64,000 nt of DNA from Takakia lepidozioides (lineage: Eukaryota; Plantae; Bryophyta): assembly GCA_030704615.1 (NCBI GenBank), contig CM060733.1, forward strand, positions 72,726,001 to 72,790,000, written 5' to 3'. The notes under the pieces are model-generated. The model was given only the letters and a program-made list of their open reading frames with translations, ran no database searches and was not told where the DNA came from. The position numbers and the translations under genes were made by a program. Shown here piece by piece: positions 33,897 through 46,837 of the stretch. Within the stretch, counting starts at the first letter, position 1, and every line of letters begins with the position of its first letter.

Positions 33897-34932
33897 TCCA
33901 ACTCCTGCTGTTTCTGCTTCTTCGTCTTCTTTGGAATCACAACTGGAGCGTTTTGCTGGCGGGTCCTCTTCTTGATTCCCTTTTGCGTTTTCTGCAAGGC
34001 CAGATCCAGCGTCTTCTGTGCTATCGGAGCTGTTTTCCGTGATTCTTTGAGAGCAGCAGCCTCCCTTGGCTGCATTGGTCCTAGAGGGGCACGATTCTGC
34101 CGTTTATTGGCCTCCACCTGCATTTCGTCTCGCATGGATCCACAATTCCGCCCAATGTGTCCAAGTACCACGGGTAGTCAACTAGATGCTCAGAATGCCA
34201 GTCTTTCACAATGTCTGCTGTATACATCGAGTCCGGGCCCGGAGTCCTCCAAGCCAGGAAAAACGGGGGCTCCCTTGCCAAAGACCCGCACTTAAGGACG
34301 ACAAATTTGATATACCTGCAATATACTCCACATAGGAAGACAGAATTTGAGCAGAACGAATTCTGGGCTGAGGTTCAATTCCGGTTCAAATGCAGTGTCG
34401 TATTTCAAATTTTGTGACTCGTTTGATGCTGTGACAAATGTGTACATTGTCCGTGCAGTGCACCATCCACAGAAGAAAGTGGAAATGCGGCACCGCATTT
34501 CCCACATGAGTATCAGATGGCAGGTTTTGGCAAACCCACAATTGTGGTGCCGCATTTCCGTTCCATTGTCATAGATGGAAGGGTAAATAGTAATGGGGAC
34601 GAAAATGCGGCACCGTCGTCCCCAATGTCATTAAGGCAAGGTCTCAGGACAGAAACGCGGCGCCGCATTTTGTCCCCAGTGTCATGAAGGCAAGGGTGGA
34701 TGACAAGTGGAACGTCCCAGTGTCATGGAGGCAAGGTAACTAGTAGTGGGGACTGAAATGCGACACCGCATTTCCATCCCCACTGTCATGAAGGCAAGGG
34801 TGGATGACAGGTGGGACGGAAATGCGGTGCCGCACTTCCGTTCCACTGTCATAGACGCAACGGGAAGTGGAAGTGGGGATGGAAATGCGACACCACATCT
34901 CCATCCCCATTGTCATGCGGCACCGCATAAAT
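33897..34932 (-). pseudogene. Fragment of a related ParB-MTase gene (family C): one exon plus a motif-filled intron, cut by the CACTA end
   Basis: EPPFFLAWRTPGPDSMYT..YPWYLDTLGGIVD..AQKTLDLALQKTQKGIKKRTRQQ is homologous to family A 24455-24870. About 8 family-A-type palindromes lie at 34481-34932. Confidence 0.85.
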
Positions 34933-34939
34933 AACATAT

Positions 34940-37520
34940 AGTGACCCCCCGTGCATCTTCTCTCCCTCCAAGGACCAGTTTACTCCAGCTTTCCTTCTGA
35001 AGTTCCTTTCCTTGGAGTATAGAAGTGTCCGAGATTTCTTTTGGCAGATTTAAAAGACAAGAGAGTTTGAGGTCCAACATGGCCCCTATGCATTTGGAAT
35101 TGGCAGACTTCAACACACTTCAATAAGGCCTTTTCTTTTCTGAGGATCTTCCCGGCTCTCTGTCTGGACAGGGTCTGGCTGAGCTTCCTCAAGGCCTGCA
35201 GTTTATAATGAACCTAAGAGTGGGGGAGACATAATGATTCTCTGTCTCCTTCCAGACTCCCACCAGGGCCCTATTGATTTCATGATCTTTTAACATGTCA
35301 GCATTTAATTTAAGTCTCTTCCCCTAACCCGAGAGTCAGTAGCTATGAAACAAATGTGGAGGAGAGCATGGTCGAAGTGAGGTAAAATAAGATCAAGAGG
35401 GATCCTAGTGGACCAAGTAAGCAAAAACGGGGTGTAGTAGAACCTGTCCAATATGGCCAAACAAAGGTCAGGGGGCCTTTGGTCCGGGAGTCTCCTGGGG
35501 CAGGAGTGGCAGCGTCTAAGAGCCCCACAACAAGACAGAGCGAGAGTCCCAAGCGTTCCTCTTGAGGACACAGAGGTCCGAAGAAAACAAGCCAAATCTA
35601 TCAGAGCTATGCTCAACCATATTGAAGTCCCCCCCAATCACCCAGTGTTCAATATCAGAATTATCTAGAAACTTCAGCCTAAGAAACTCCCAAAGCTCTA
35701 TCCTCTCATCAGCTTTGTTCGGGGCGTAGACATTAACAAGACCAACCATACCAATAGAGGGAGAGGGGCATAGAATAATACACTGCAAACGCCCCTGCAT
35801 CTAGGTTTCGTTGGAAACAACAGAAGAGGGAAAGGTCGAAGGCGAGATCAAAATCACTGTACCACCCCTAGAGTTAATGATAAAAGGATTCCAAAAGGCT
35901 GCCGCTGCGGAGATAGAACCACCCATAGCCTCAATTTTGAGTAAATCCAATGTATGTTCTTGCAAGAAAATAATATTGGGGCTATTAATGAACCTGGAAA
36001 TCCCATACCTAATTCTGGCTCTCTTAGGAGTAGAGCTGTGGGACCCACCCCCTACACATTCCAACTACGAAAGGAAAAACTCATGGTGGGGGGGGGGGGG
36101 GGGGGGGTCCTATCCAAAGGGGGGAGAGCTGAGATCCAGGAAAAGCCCGAAGGCGGAGGGAGAGCAGCAGGCAGCTTCAAAAGTGTAACCCTTATGGAAC
36201 CCTCTTGCCTTTCATGACCCAGTTGTATGAACTAACGTTTTTTTGCCCCCACCCAAAGCAAATGAAGGTGAGAGATGATCCTTAACTGATTGCCAAAGAG
36301 AAGAGAGAAACCACCCAGTAAAGGAGATGGGATACTACCTTCCCAACAACAAGGGAGAAGTCTCAAGGATGGGAGAGCGCTGCTATGCACCAAGACCATA
36401 ACACGACGGAAATCAAGGAGGTGAGGTGCAAAAACAAAAAAAGGAGCGTAAGCATGGTGGGACAGGCTTACCGCAGTGGGGGAGTCAACAGTTTCCTCCT
36501 GCGGCATGAATGTGAGCGATGGGTCCGAGGCTGCGAAGGGCAACGACAGAGCTGGTGAAAGGACAGTGGCTGCAATGTCCAGGGGAGCCCGGGAGACCTC
36601 TTTTATCTTGCCCTTTTACCTCTTGGTGACCTCCTCCACCATCTTCTTGCCTTCCTTGAATAACAAGGTACTTTTTGCCAGGATCCATGGGTCACTGACC
36701 CTGCGGGAAAGATCTACCTTGTCAGCCCAAATCCAGTTGTGAGTTCCCATAGTGACAGAGATGTCAACACCAGAAATAATTGGGAACACATGAACAATGA
36801 CCAAATCATAGCTAGTTGCATTGTTCTCAACCAATACCCCTATGTGGTTTAGGTTTTCCATTGTAAGGAGAGCATGAGGGTTGCATGAGGAAAGGATCTC
36901 TTGAGAGAGCTTGAGAGTGAGCTCCTTCTCTTGACCCATCTTGAACTCGAGGGTGTGATCTTCAGAGACCCATGCTGATCTGAACCCCGGCCCCCAGTAC
37001 CATTCGTTAGCAAGAACCTTGTACCCTTGTCGAGGAAAGTGTAAAACATCGGAGTAAAGCAAATTTCGGCCTTCTCCCTGGAATACCCGGATCCTGGAGC
37101 CCAACCATTCAATGGCAAGTTATTGAAGGAATGAAATTGATCCAGAAACGAGACAGCCATGTTGGTAGACCTTGTGTGCAAAACATAATGGCATAGAATC
37201 CCCTGCCCATAGTCAAGCAGAAGTGTCGCTCCAGGCCCCCTTGCAAGGTGCCCCACCACCCATCTTCTAACCCACATCCTGGGCTTGATCTTTCCAGGGA
37301 AATACAGAAGCACGCCTTGTTGGGAAAAAATTTGTGACTGCGAGATAATCTGTCTTTGTTGAGCGCAAGGATTGGTTGCGAGTCTGTAATCGCCACTGCC
37401 GCATCCTCCCAAGGGACCGAGTCCGAGGCAATCGGGGAAGGTGGAGCTGAGTCGATATCTGGGCCTTTGCCCATAATGGAGCCTCCAGAGAGGTTGGTAA
37501 CAACTGGCTTTCGTGCCCAG
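34940..37520 (-). mobile_element. Degenerate L1-like LINE, 5' part (ORF1 region and APE endonuclease); RT absent
   Basis: NIIFLQEH, SRGGTVILIS, LVNVYAPN, WVIGGDFNMVE, LDRFYY and FDH (SDH) across frameshifted ORFs at 35305-36064. Confidence 0.8.
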
Positions 37521-38970
37521 CCACTGTCGCATCCTTTGGTACATGTGAAAGATCCCCCCCTTTTTCCCTTGGAGAATGTTACTCATGAGAAGAATGTAGA
37601 GCAAGAAGATGTGACTCCAGAGAAGATAGAAGCACAGTGCGAGAGGAAGCAAACATGAAGAAGGATCTCTGCAGAGAACAATGCGAGGCAGAAAAATACC
37701 ACGGTAGTTCCAAAGCCAAGAACAGATAGAAGGACTTACTTCGTTTCTACAAATCAGAAAATGATGCAAGATTGAGTGTTGAGTACTTATTGAACACTTA
37801 TTAATTCCGGGCCATTGAGGGGAGCGGGAGCCGACTTTTGACAAGCTGAACAGCTTGCAACAACGCCATTGCTTCCGAAGACGGCTGCTTGTCTGGGCTC
37901 AGAGAGAGAATCGTGGAATTGAAGGTGAAATTTGTAAGTACCTTTAATGGAACTTGCTACCACACAGCGCTGCCATTGCAGAGAAAGGGAGGGAGGGAAG
38001 GGAGGGGACCCGCCATGGGTAAGCTTATAGACAACACTAATTCCTTCAGAAGGACGGAAGGCGTTAAGTCGTTTCTTCAACTGAGCAGATTCCCCAGTAC
38101 GTTGAGCAAGTGGCAATGGGGCTGGGGTGATGAAAGACGAGGAGTCTGTAAGCCCTCAATACATCCAGCAGCTCGTGGAGCTGCTCAGGGATGGACAGAT
38201 ACCAAAAGAGGACGGCGGAAAATTATTACGCTGTACAGAGCTTACGCTTGCTCTGTCCCAACGAGCAGGGGGCAAGAGGGGGATGGAGGGAGAACATGAG
38301 CATCCCCTAGAACGAGGAATGAAGCTTCTAGCAGCTGCTAGAGAAATGACGAGGTAGCCTGAAGGGAGTTTCTAAGTCCCCAACACTCTCTGTTGTAGAT
38401 CAAATTACAATCCTTCTGTTTAGTTGTTGTTGTTGTATTCATAATCAAATTAAATTCTTATCATATCTATCTAGTCATTTGAAGGATTGTAACTGGCATA
38501 AACTTAAATATTAATGATAAATCATTGTCGTTTCCTCATTTAATTTGATCAAATGGGCTCCGTCCCTTTCGCCTCTCATTTTACAATAATAGGGTCATGA
38601 ACGCAAGCGTGCGAGAAGGACGGTGGGCCCGTCGTCTGGACGACGGGCGCCCCCCCACCCGTGGTCGCCCACGCCCGCCGCTACTGCCACGGCTGCCCCT
38701 CCCGGGGTCCGTCCACCGGCCTGTCCGCTGCGGCCGGTCCAGTCCGCGTGTCCGCCCGCCCGCAAGATCTGGGCCGTCCAGGACGAACCCCATCGCAGCC
38801 CTCCAATTTAGGGTCTTATCTCTGCGCCTGCCATCTGCCACCAGCTGTAAACATGGGTCATGTTTCTCCGTGCACGTTCTCCATTGTGTCCTGCGGCGCT
38901 TTCGTTGCAGGTTCTGGAGCGTGTGTTCTGCACTGTACAGGGCATGGACGTAGGAGCGGAAGCCGACGAC

Positions 38971-40428
38971 ATGCAGCAATTTGAGAGCCGGCTTATACGC
39001 CATCTTCGACAAAGTCTGCAAACACCGAAACCAGGACCTTTCAACAATAAGGACATCCATTGGAAGTGTGAAACGCAATATGGGTTTAGGGGGGTGCAAG
39101 TGCGTGTTAAAAAGGCCTGTATACCTTGGGATAAAATTGCGGACTTCGTCCATGGAGAGGAGAGTGTGGAGGACTGCCCCACTCAATATTGGGTACATAT
39201 GCACAGTAAAGTGGACGCTAGAGTGCGGAAAGCTCCCAGAGGGAACACCTTCTTGAGCAGTATCATGTGTGCACCATCCTCATTGTGGTTCAGGGATGTC
39301 ACCGCATTGTTGTTGTGATTTGTATTTGTCTCCGACTGTGGCTTCCATAAGTCCATAGGTTGATATTTTGGCTTTTGAATTCCATTTGATAGGTATCAAT
39401 GCTGCTACGGACCCGACAACAAGCGCACGATCAATGCAACTGTCGAGGATCCAAAACAAAAGCGTGGAGGTCCGGATGTGGGTGCTGGCACTAAACACCC
39501 GCATAAAGGCCCAAGAAGGAAGAAGTCGGACTACGGAGAGTCGTACAAGCGCGGGTGCCTTTGTTGTTTCAAAGTGCAGCAATCTTATCTTGCCCCGGAC
39601 ATTTGTGTCCTCACATACTACAACAACATGGAGCACGTGGATGCCCTAGGGAAACCCTCCCATGGCAAAACCGCAGAGTTCAGGAACACACGGGCAACCT
39701 ACGCACCCCGCATTAGCGAGGAATTGAAAGCCTGGGTCGTTGAGTGTTTGTGCCGAGGCCTCACGTCGCACAAATCATGATGGAACACAAGGAGCATGTC
39801 ATGAACAACACAGGTTTGGGAGATGCATGGACACGTGATGATTTCCTCCTCGAGCAAGATGTCCGCAACCTGGCTGAGAAATGGGCGTGGCAGACGTTCA
39901 AAAAGCATGCCAACGATGCCGACAGCGTCCGCTTGTGGAAAGACCTGAACCCCACATCAGTCTTCTTCTATCGAGAAGAAACATTGGCGCCAACCTTCAA
40001 GCATTACGATGGAGATTTGACATTCACTATTGGCATTCAAATTGAGTGGCAGAAGCAGAGAATGCTTCAATTGGGACATGCGCGTATCGTTGCATGCGAT
40101 GCAACCTTCAGGACAAATCACCACAAGGTACAATTCATCCCTCTTACCCTTTCTGCAAATCAATTGTTCGTAGGATGTTGCACATTGGAACCAACTGACA
40201 TAGTGACATAGTGCATCTGAATAGTTCCCATTGTACACGTTGATGGTTTTCGACGAGTGGCTGAACGGTATACCAGTTGCGTACATCATATCCGCCAGGA
40301 ATAGGACAACAGACCTGGTGCCGTGGATGTCAGCCTTGCGTGACCGACTCCATGCAGATATGCCGACCCGGCGACCCAATGCCTTCATTGTTGATGATGC
40401 GGACGTTGAAATCAACGCTATAAGGTGA
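38971..40428 (+). mobile_element. Truncated, spliced MULE-type transposase of a second, unrelated lineage
   Basis: IPWDKIADFVHGE, YQCCYGP, KRGCLCCF, HVDALG..HG, RDDFL..DVRN, FTIGIQ.EWQ, ACDATF, LYTLMVFD..NGIPVAY, FIVDDA..EINAIR. No C-terminal E or SWIM seen. Confidence 0.82.
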
Positions 40429-41578
40429 GTCTTCCATTCCTCAACAGATACCCATTGTCGAAGTCCTCTGGCATGCAACTGTCGTCATAGTGTGCTTTGG
40501 CAGAGTCTGTGGCAGAGTCGCGTGCGACAGTTCCCTGAGAGACTCGCATGCGCGAGTCTGCTGGCAGACTGGACTCGACCAAGTCGCGTGGGCAAGCCCG
40601 ACTCGCCCGACCAAGTCGCTGGCAGACTCGCCAGGCCGAGTCCGCCAGAAGACTCGCAGGGGCGAGTCTGCTGGCACCCTTCATGGGTCTGCTAGAGATG
40701 AGGAGAAATTGTGGAATGAATACTTTTCTGATCCCAGTCAATGGTGGGACAATTGAGGCAAAAAGGTGAATGCCTATTGGATTAGTACAGAGAGAAACAG
40801 ATGCAATTGAGCATAGGAACTAGTGTGATAAGTTGAGTTGGGTGTCTGCTGGAACAAATCTAGGTTGTCATTGAAATGATGATCAATCATCTTGATGTCG
40901 ATCTTGAAGAATATTGGTCGAGAGTTAATCCATCTGTTGCGGAAATCACCTTGGGGATCTTCGGTAGCTTAATGCATGCGAGTGCAGGGATGATTCAAGT
41001 AGTCAACAGAATATTTGTTGGACATATTTCAACCATGGCTCGTCTCAGGAGGGTTTCTGCTTAGGATGCTAATGGGAATTGCTGGTGGAGTGATTTCTAT
41101 TTGCAATGAGCCAAGAATTATCTTCTTGATCTGATTGTGGGAGGCCAGAACCCATTACTGAGAGATCCGCGCATTGATCTTTTCACATGTGAAATAGTTC
41201 CGTCAGATGTAGGGTAACACATGCCTTTGTGGAGATCACTGAAATGATTTGAAAGATCCACATGACCTGCTTGAGGTTCACTTTCAATGGCCATGTAAGG
41301 CTAAATGTTCAACTACAAAGATATGTATATACCCTATTTCAATCAGTGATTTCACTGGTCATCACATCATTACTGCACAATCCATGAGTGTTTGTCGCAC
41401 CAATCTTCAACTGCTCTACACGTGCTGCTAGGAGGCCTTAAAATGTGTATCCCCACTAGTGCTCAGTTTAGCTTCTGGGCATGGGCTGAAGTGCTTGGGG
41501 ACAAGAGTATCTAGCTCCATGTGTAGGGTGCAGTGCAGTCTATGAAATTGACGTTGTCTCTTTTTTTTGTGGATGGAC

Positions 41579-42020
41579 AGATACAGGGCTGTCACCAGTG
41601 CATACTACAGAGGTGTTGTAGGTGCCTTATTGGTATATGACATTACTAAGAGGCAATCATTCGATCATGTGCAAAGGTGGCTTGAGGAGTTGAAGTCTCA
41701 AGCTGACAGCAATATTGTTATTATGCTGATTGGTAACAAGTCTGATCTTGGCAACTTACGGGCAGTTCCATCACAGGAGGCCAAAGAATATGTAGAGAAA
41801 GAAGGGTTGTTCCTCCTTAAAACTTCAGCTATGGAGGCCACAAATGTTGAGTCCGCTTTTTTCAGTGTACTATCAGAGGTGTACATGATTGTGAGCAGAA
41901 AAACCCTCATTGCTGACGAGACTGTAATGAATGGGAACTCTGCCCTACTATCTGGTACAAAAATGACCTCAACAATGATGGAGGCATGCCTAAGAAACAA
42001 TGATGTTGCACAACATGATA
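41579..42020 (+). pseudogene. RabA4-like (Rab11) GTPase second exon, degenerate; first exon not found
   Basis: AG acceptor then [36 protein letters not shown] is changed to KTSA, and the C-terminal CC motif is out of frame behind a stop. Confidence 0.85.
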
Positions 42021-43188
42021 GTTTTTTCTTTAAGCTTTTTCTTTCAGACAGTATATGGTTTCGACAGTTTTGCTGAATAAGAAGATGATTCCACCCTACG
42101 TAATTGATTAGTGATGGCCACAAGCCAGCCTTTTTGCAGCTGCATAAACAATGATTGCACAAGTCAAACGAGCTATTGACTTGCTCATAGAGTTTTTGTG
42201 AGTGTAGAATGCATTTACTTGCACAATGTATTTGATGGTCAGTTGAGGTAAGGGTATCTCAGTATTATACTACTTGCCCCAACATTTGATACTGCAATTC
42301 CCAGCTAGTGATATCCTAATGCTGATATCAAACCCCATCCACCAGGTTAGTTCTGTGATTTTCTAGGTAACCTCAATAGTAAGAATAATAGAGTAATGAA
42401 AGTTATTTTCTTTCCTCCTCCCCCACCCCGGTTTGGCTGCAAAGCAATTTGTATGTCATGTTCTGGATCGTGGCCTCTCGGATATATTAGTTGAAGATCT
42501 TCAATTGACCAATGTGAGATCCTTATGTACTTTGACCTCAACTTTGAGAGAGAACCAAAACGTAAAATGAGGTAGTCACATGTAAGGTACAGGAGCATTT
42601 GCTAGCAGCAAGGCAAGGATGTATGCATGATCTGTGCAGAGACATGGGAAAGGAAATGGAGGTTGTCAATGTCGGATGTGCGGTTGGCCTGAAGACAACA
42701 TCCATTTTCTGATACAATGTCAAGGGTATTCTCATGTCTAATTGTTGGGCAGCTCACACACAACAGATTGATGCTTGGTGCCCAAAATAATTGCTTACAT
42801 CAAGTTAAGTCCTACTTATACTGGATTGAGCTAAGTCCTGCATTTGCTGTTAATATGTTCTTCTTCTGTTTGGCAGGCCCAACTCATGCACGGCGGGGTT
42901 ATGCTGGTGGTGTTTGGTCACTTGGTTTCCATGACAACATTCCGTAAGACAAACCCTCGCCTGCTGCTAGGGTGCGGGAATATGGTTGCCCTAGAAATAC
43001 AAACAAAATAGGTCCTGCAGACTTGTGGACTTAGAGTCAGATCCTTGAAAATCTCTTGTTCCTGAACGAGATGTGGTGTTGTGGAACGTGATGAATGCAG
43101 GATATGCACATGAGGGGTGCGGGATGAAGGCTTTGACTCGTGATTAGCCGATTGGCATCTCTATTTAAACGGAACTCTGGGTCTCTTA

Positions 43189-46100
43189 GGGGGGGGGGGG
43201 GGTTGCTATTTCATGAGCGGCATGAGCATGAGCGGAAAAAAAAAAAAAAGCATGAGTGGACCATTGTGTGTCCACGGAAATAGGGTTAGGAGGCACGGAA
43301 ATAGGGTCATATTAAGTTGGAATTTGGCACCAGTGGACTCGTCATAGCAAAGAAATGCAACATTTTATTGCAAATTTTGTGGCAAGCCACATCTATACAA
43401 GTGTGTCGTAACTGTCATAGCCGGAATGGGCACTACTCTCCTACACTCTCCGAGGAACTTGCCCCGCCTTCCTCCTCATCCCCCTCATCCCCCCCATCCT
43501 CCGAGCTCTGTGATGCATCAGTTCCACTATGCCTCTCAAAAATTCCGTCCTCTCCTTGGGGGACTGTCCACCTCACCTCCTGGGAATCTTCTGCCTCTTC
43601 TCCCCCACTTTCCTCAGCAGAATCCAAGACAAATCTACGAGCCTGACGGGCTCTAATAGCTGCTGCCTCCTCCCTCGTCTTCATTTTCTTGAGGCTTGCC
43701 TCGTCTAAAATCTGCTGTACACGACTAGGTTCGGAAGACCTCATAATGGACACCGAAGCAAGCCGGGCAGCATAAGTAGGAAGGATGTAGTCCCTTTCTC
43801 GACTAGGCATGAAATCCCCCTTGGCAAAAAAAGGCACGTTCCTCCTGCCCATGAACTGCGGTGTAGACGTCCCTCCTGCAGTACTTGGCATCCTGCAGTA
43901 AGAACAAATCCACTTTAAGAATGTCAATACCAGCAGAAGCCAAAAAGGGTCTTTCAATGAAATAAGAGAGCGAAGGGAGGTGCCTCACGAAATCAGGACG
44001 CAACTTACAATGCGACCACTCACTCGTAAACCGGGGGCTCCTCGGCCTCAATCCCAACTTGTACCTCCCCCTGCTCCTTGTCGGATTCTTCCTCATCCTC
44101 CGAGGATGCCTCTTCCTCTTTCGGCAGACATTCAGCCACTGCAAGTTCGGAGTTGTGGAGGGCAGTATCTGGCTCAAAGGCGAAGACATGCCTGTCGGAC
44201 AATGTCCCTGCCCACATTGAAGCACCTGAGGGACAAAGCGGGCGGTTAGTAGCATGCAGCATGCAATTGCAATCGGGCCAGGGGACAAATTGTGCACGTG
44301 AAGGCTTACTCGTGCCGCATGTGAGTTCAAGAATCCGCCCTTGGACATCCGAGCACGTCTCCATGAGGGTTTGGATGAAAGCAGGGCTCCGGGTCCGGCT
44401 GTACCGCCACGGTTTGCCTGTCTTTGTGTCCTTCGGCATACTGGACTGGGGCACATAGTTGTAGAGGACATCGTAGGTAACAGGGTTCATAGCGGCATCA
44501 ACAAGACGACCGTCGTTGCGGAATTTGAACGTAGACCCTCTCTTCACAAAACAATATGCCTCAAACACCAATGTCTGCACATCCAACAAAAGAGGGATCA
44601 ACTCCAGGGTCTAGTTCAGATACACCACAATATGAAGTGAATGCAATAGATTGATAACTTACACTCTGGCCCTCTGTTCACAACCCCTGCGTATTGATGC
44701 AGAACCATTTTTTGAGGAGGACCGGGGTGACACTTTTCGGTGTCCACCTTACCACAACATTGTCTGTGGTCTTCCCTCTTGTGGCAAGGACCACCATACA
44801 TCCACCGTCATCTAGGAGCATCCCCGCCAGCCCAAACCCGGCTCTCCAGTAGTCCTCACTAAACCTGTTCCAGGTGGGCACACCATCCAGGCCCTCCAGC
44901 AGCTCCCCATCTGGAATATCGAAGAGAATCATATCGCAGGCTCTCTCCACCTCAACCCCCCCCCCCCCCCCCCCCCGAGTGCTCTTGCAATCCGTGCTCA
45001 CAGCCGTGAAGAATTCCATCATGGATTCAAAACCAGGGGTGTCTTTAGGCTCTGTACTGGGAGCCCTCTTCTTGGCTTTCCCCTTCTGCTCCTCCACAGA
45101 CTTGCTGTGTGCCACCTTCTTCGCCCTGGTAGCCAGAGCGTCAAGGAAGCTCTCATTGACACATTGGATGATGGTTGGGGGTTCTAGCTTTGGCCTCTTC
45201 GGAAACGTCACTGCCGAATACCGCCGTGTAGGCTCGCCCTCAAATGCCAACTTCTTGGCAGAGCCAGTCCCAGTCCGAACTGACTTGGGAACCCGGACGA
45301 CCGGTGACTTGGTACCAGCAGCAGTAGTCGCAGGACCTTGCACAAAGTCGTCGTCGGAGTCACTCCCTTGGGGCCCCTCCTGCACCACCTCTGGTGCCCC
45401 GGTGGTTTTCTGTTTTTTGGGGGTTACTGTACTCCCCTATTTCCGTGTCATTTTCTTTTGTCCTTTATTCTTCTCATTCAATTTCTCTTGAATACCTGCC
45501 TGAGCAAGCTCTGCCACTTTCCTAGACTGGGCAAGCGTTCTTGCCTCCTTTGGACCCAGCGGAGGCAGCGGAGCCGGTTTCGTCAAGCCTCAGCATCCAA
45601 CTTCAATTGAAACTCGGATGGGTCGAGCAAGCCGGGCGGACGGTCCACATACCAAGGGCAGTCGCGCAAATGTTCCAGATGCCACTCCTTCACGATAATG
45701 TTAGTGTACATGGAGTCAGCCCCAGGGTTCCTCCATGCGAGGAAGAATGGCGGCTCGAAGGACATATGTCCTTTCTCCAAAAAGGAGAACTTGCAGTACC
45801 TGCATTCAAGAAACACACAGAATGAGGTCCCGGGAACGAGGTAAATTTTAGGGAATGAAAATGACTAGGCCCGGAACTGGAAAAATGGCGCCGAATTTCC
45901 AGTTTTGGTGCCAGCCACCCCAGGGACTTGGCCATTTTCGGGGCCTACAACTGGAAATTCGGCGCCATTTTCCCAGATTGGGGCCGAAAATGGCCAAGTC
46001 CCAGAACTGACTGGGGCCACAGGTTGGGGCCGAAAATGGCTAAGTCCCAGAACTCACTAGGCCCGGAACTGGAAAAATGGCGCCGAATTTCCAGTTGAGG

Positions 46101-46837
46101 TGCCTGCCTCTAAAGGGACTTAACCATTTTTGGGGCCGTGCACTGGAACTTCGGCGCCATTTTCCCTGGTTGGGCCCGAAAATGGCTAAGTCCCAGAACT
46201 GACTGGGCCCGGAACTGGAAAAATGGCGCCGAATTTCCAGTTTCGGTGCCAGCCACCCCAGGGACTTAGCCATTTTCGGGGCCCTGACCTGGAAATTCGG
46301 CGCCATTTTCCCAGGTTGGGGCCGAAAATGGCTAAGTCCCAGAACTGACTGGGCCCGGAACTGGAAAAATGGCGCCGAATTTCTAGTTTTGGTGCCAGCC
46401 ACCCCAGGGACTTCGCCATTTTCGGGGCCCTGAACTGGAAATTCGGCGCCATTTTCCCAGGTTGGGGCCGAGAATGGCTAAGTCCCAGATCTGACTGGGC
46501 CTGCAACTGGAAAAATGGCGCCGAATTTCCAGACTGAGTGCCAGCCCACCCCTGGACAGCCATCCCCCAGGGCCCAATTCGACGCCATTTTTCCAAGGAC
46601 CACAACTAATTTTCATGCGCCACATAAGGCCTCTTACATCCTCGAAATGTTGGGACTAAAAAGAAAGGCACAACGTATGTACCTGTACAGAAGGCGCATT
46701 GCCGCTTTGTCCACGTTCGGCTGGTCGGTGAACTCGTGGCTCCGGCGGGCATGGGGTATCTCTCGAAAGAATAGGTCGGTTTTGTAGAGCAGAAAGTACC
46801 TCGTCACATAGTCGCGTAGGCTCTCTGTGTCGCGCAC
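43189..46837 (-). mobile_element. Right end of a related MULE (family B, inverted) with the 3' part of the ParB-MTase gene (43433-46837)
   Basis: TIR G(n)TTGCTATTTCATGAGC with CATGAGC repeats. Exons KAAMRLLYR|, EPPFFLAW, CDMILFDIPDG, RTRSPAFIQTLMETCSDVQGRILELTCGT|ASMWAG, EVRWTVPQGEDGIFE. Same intron positions as family A. Confidence 0.9.
45860..46595. repeat. 146-bp tandem repeat in the family-B intron; each unit has two opposed copies of GGAAAAATGGCGCCGAATTTCC
   Basis: Unit starts at 46053, 46199, 46345 and 46491. Motif copies at 46217, 46291 and 46363 (74/72-bp spacing). Confidence 0.92.

Noticed and set aside
41567-42076. Functional Rab gene
   Set aside because: P-loop exon not found, ETSA altered, and the prenylation cysteines are out of frame.
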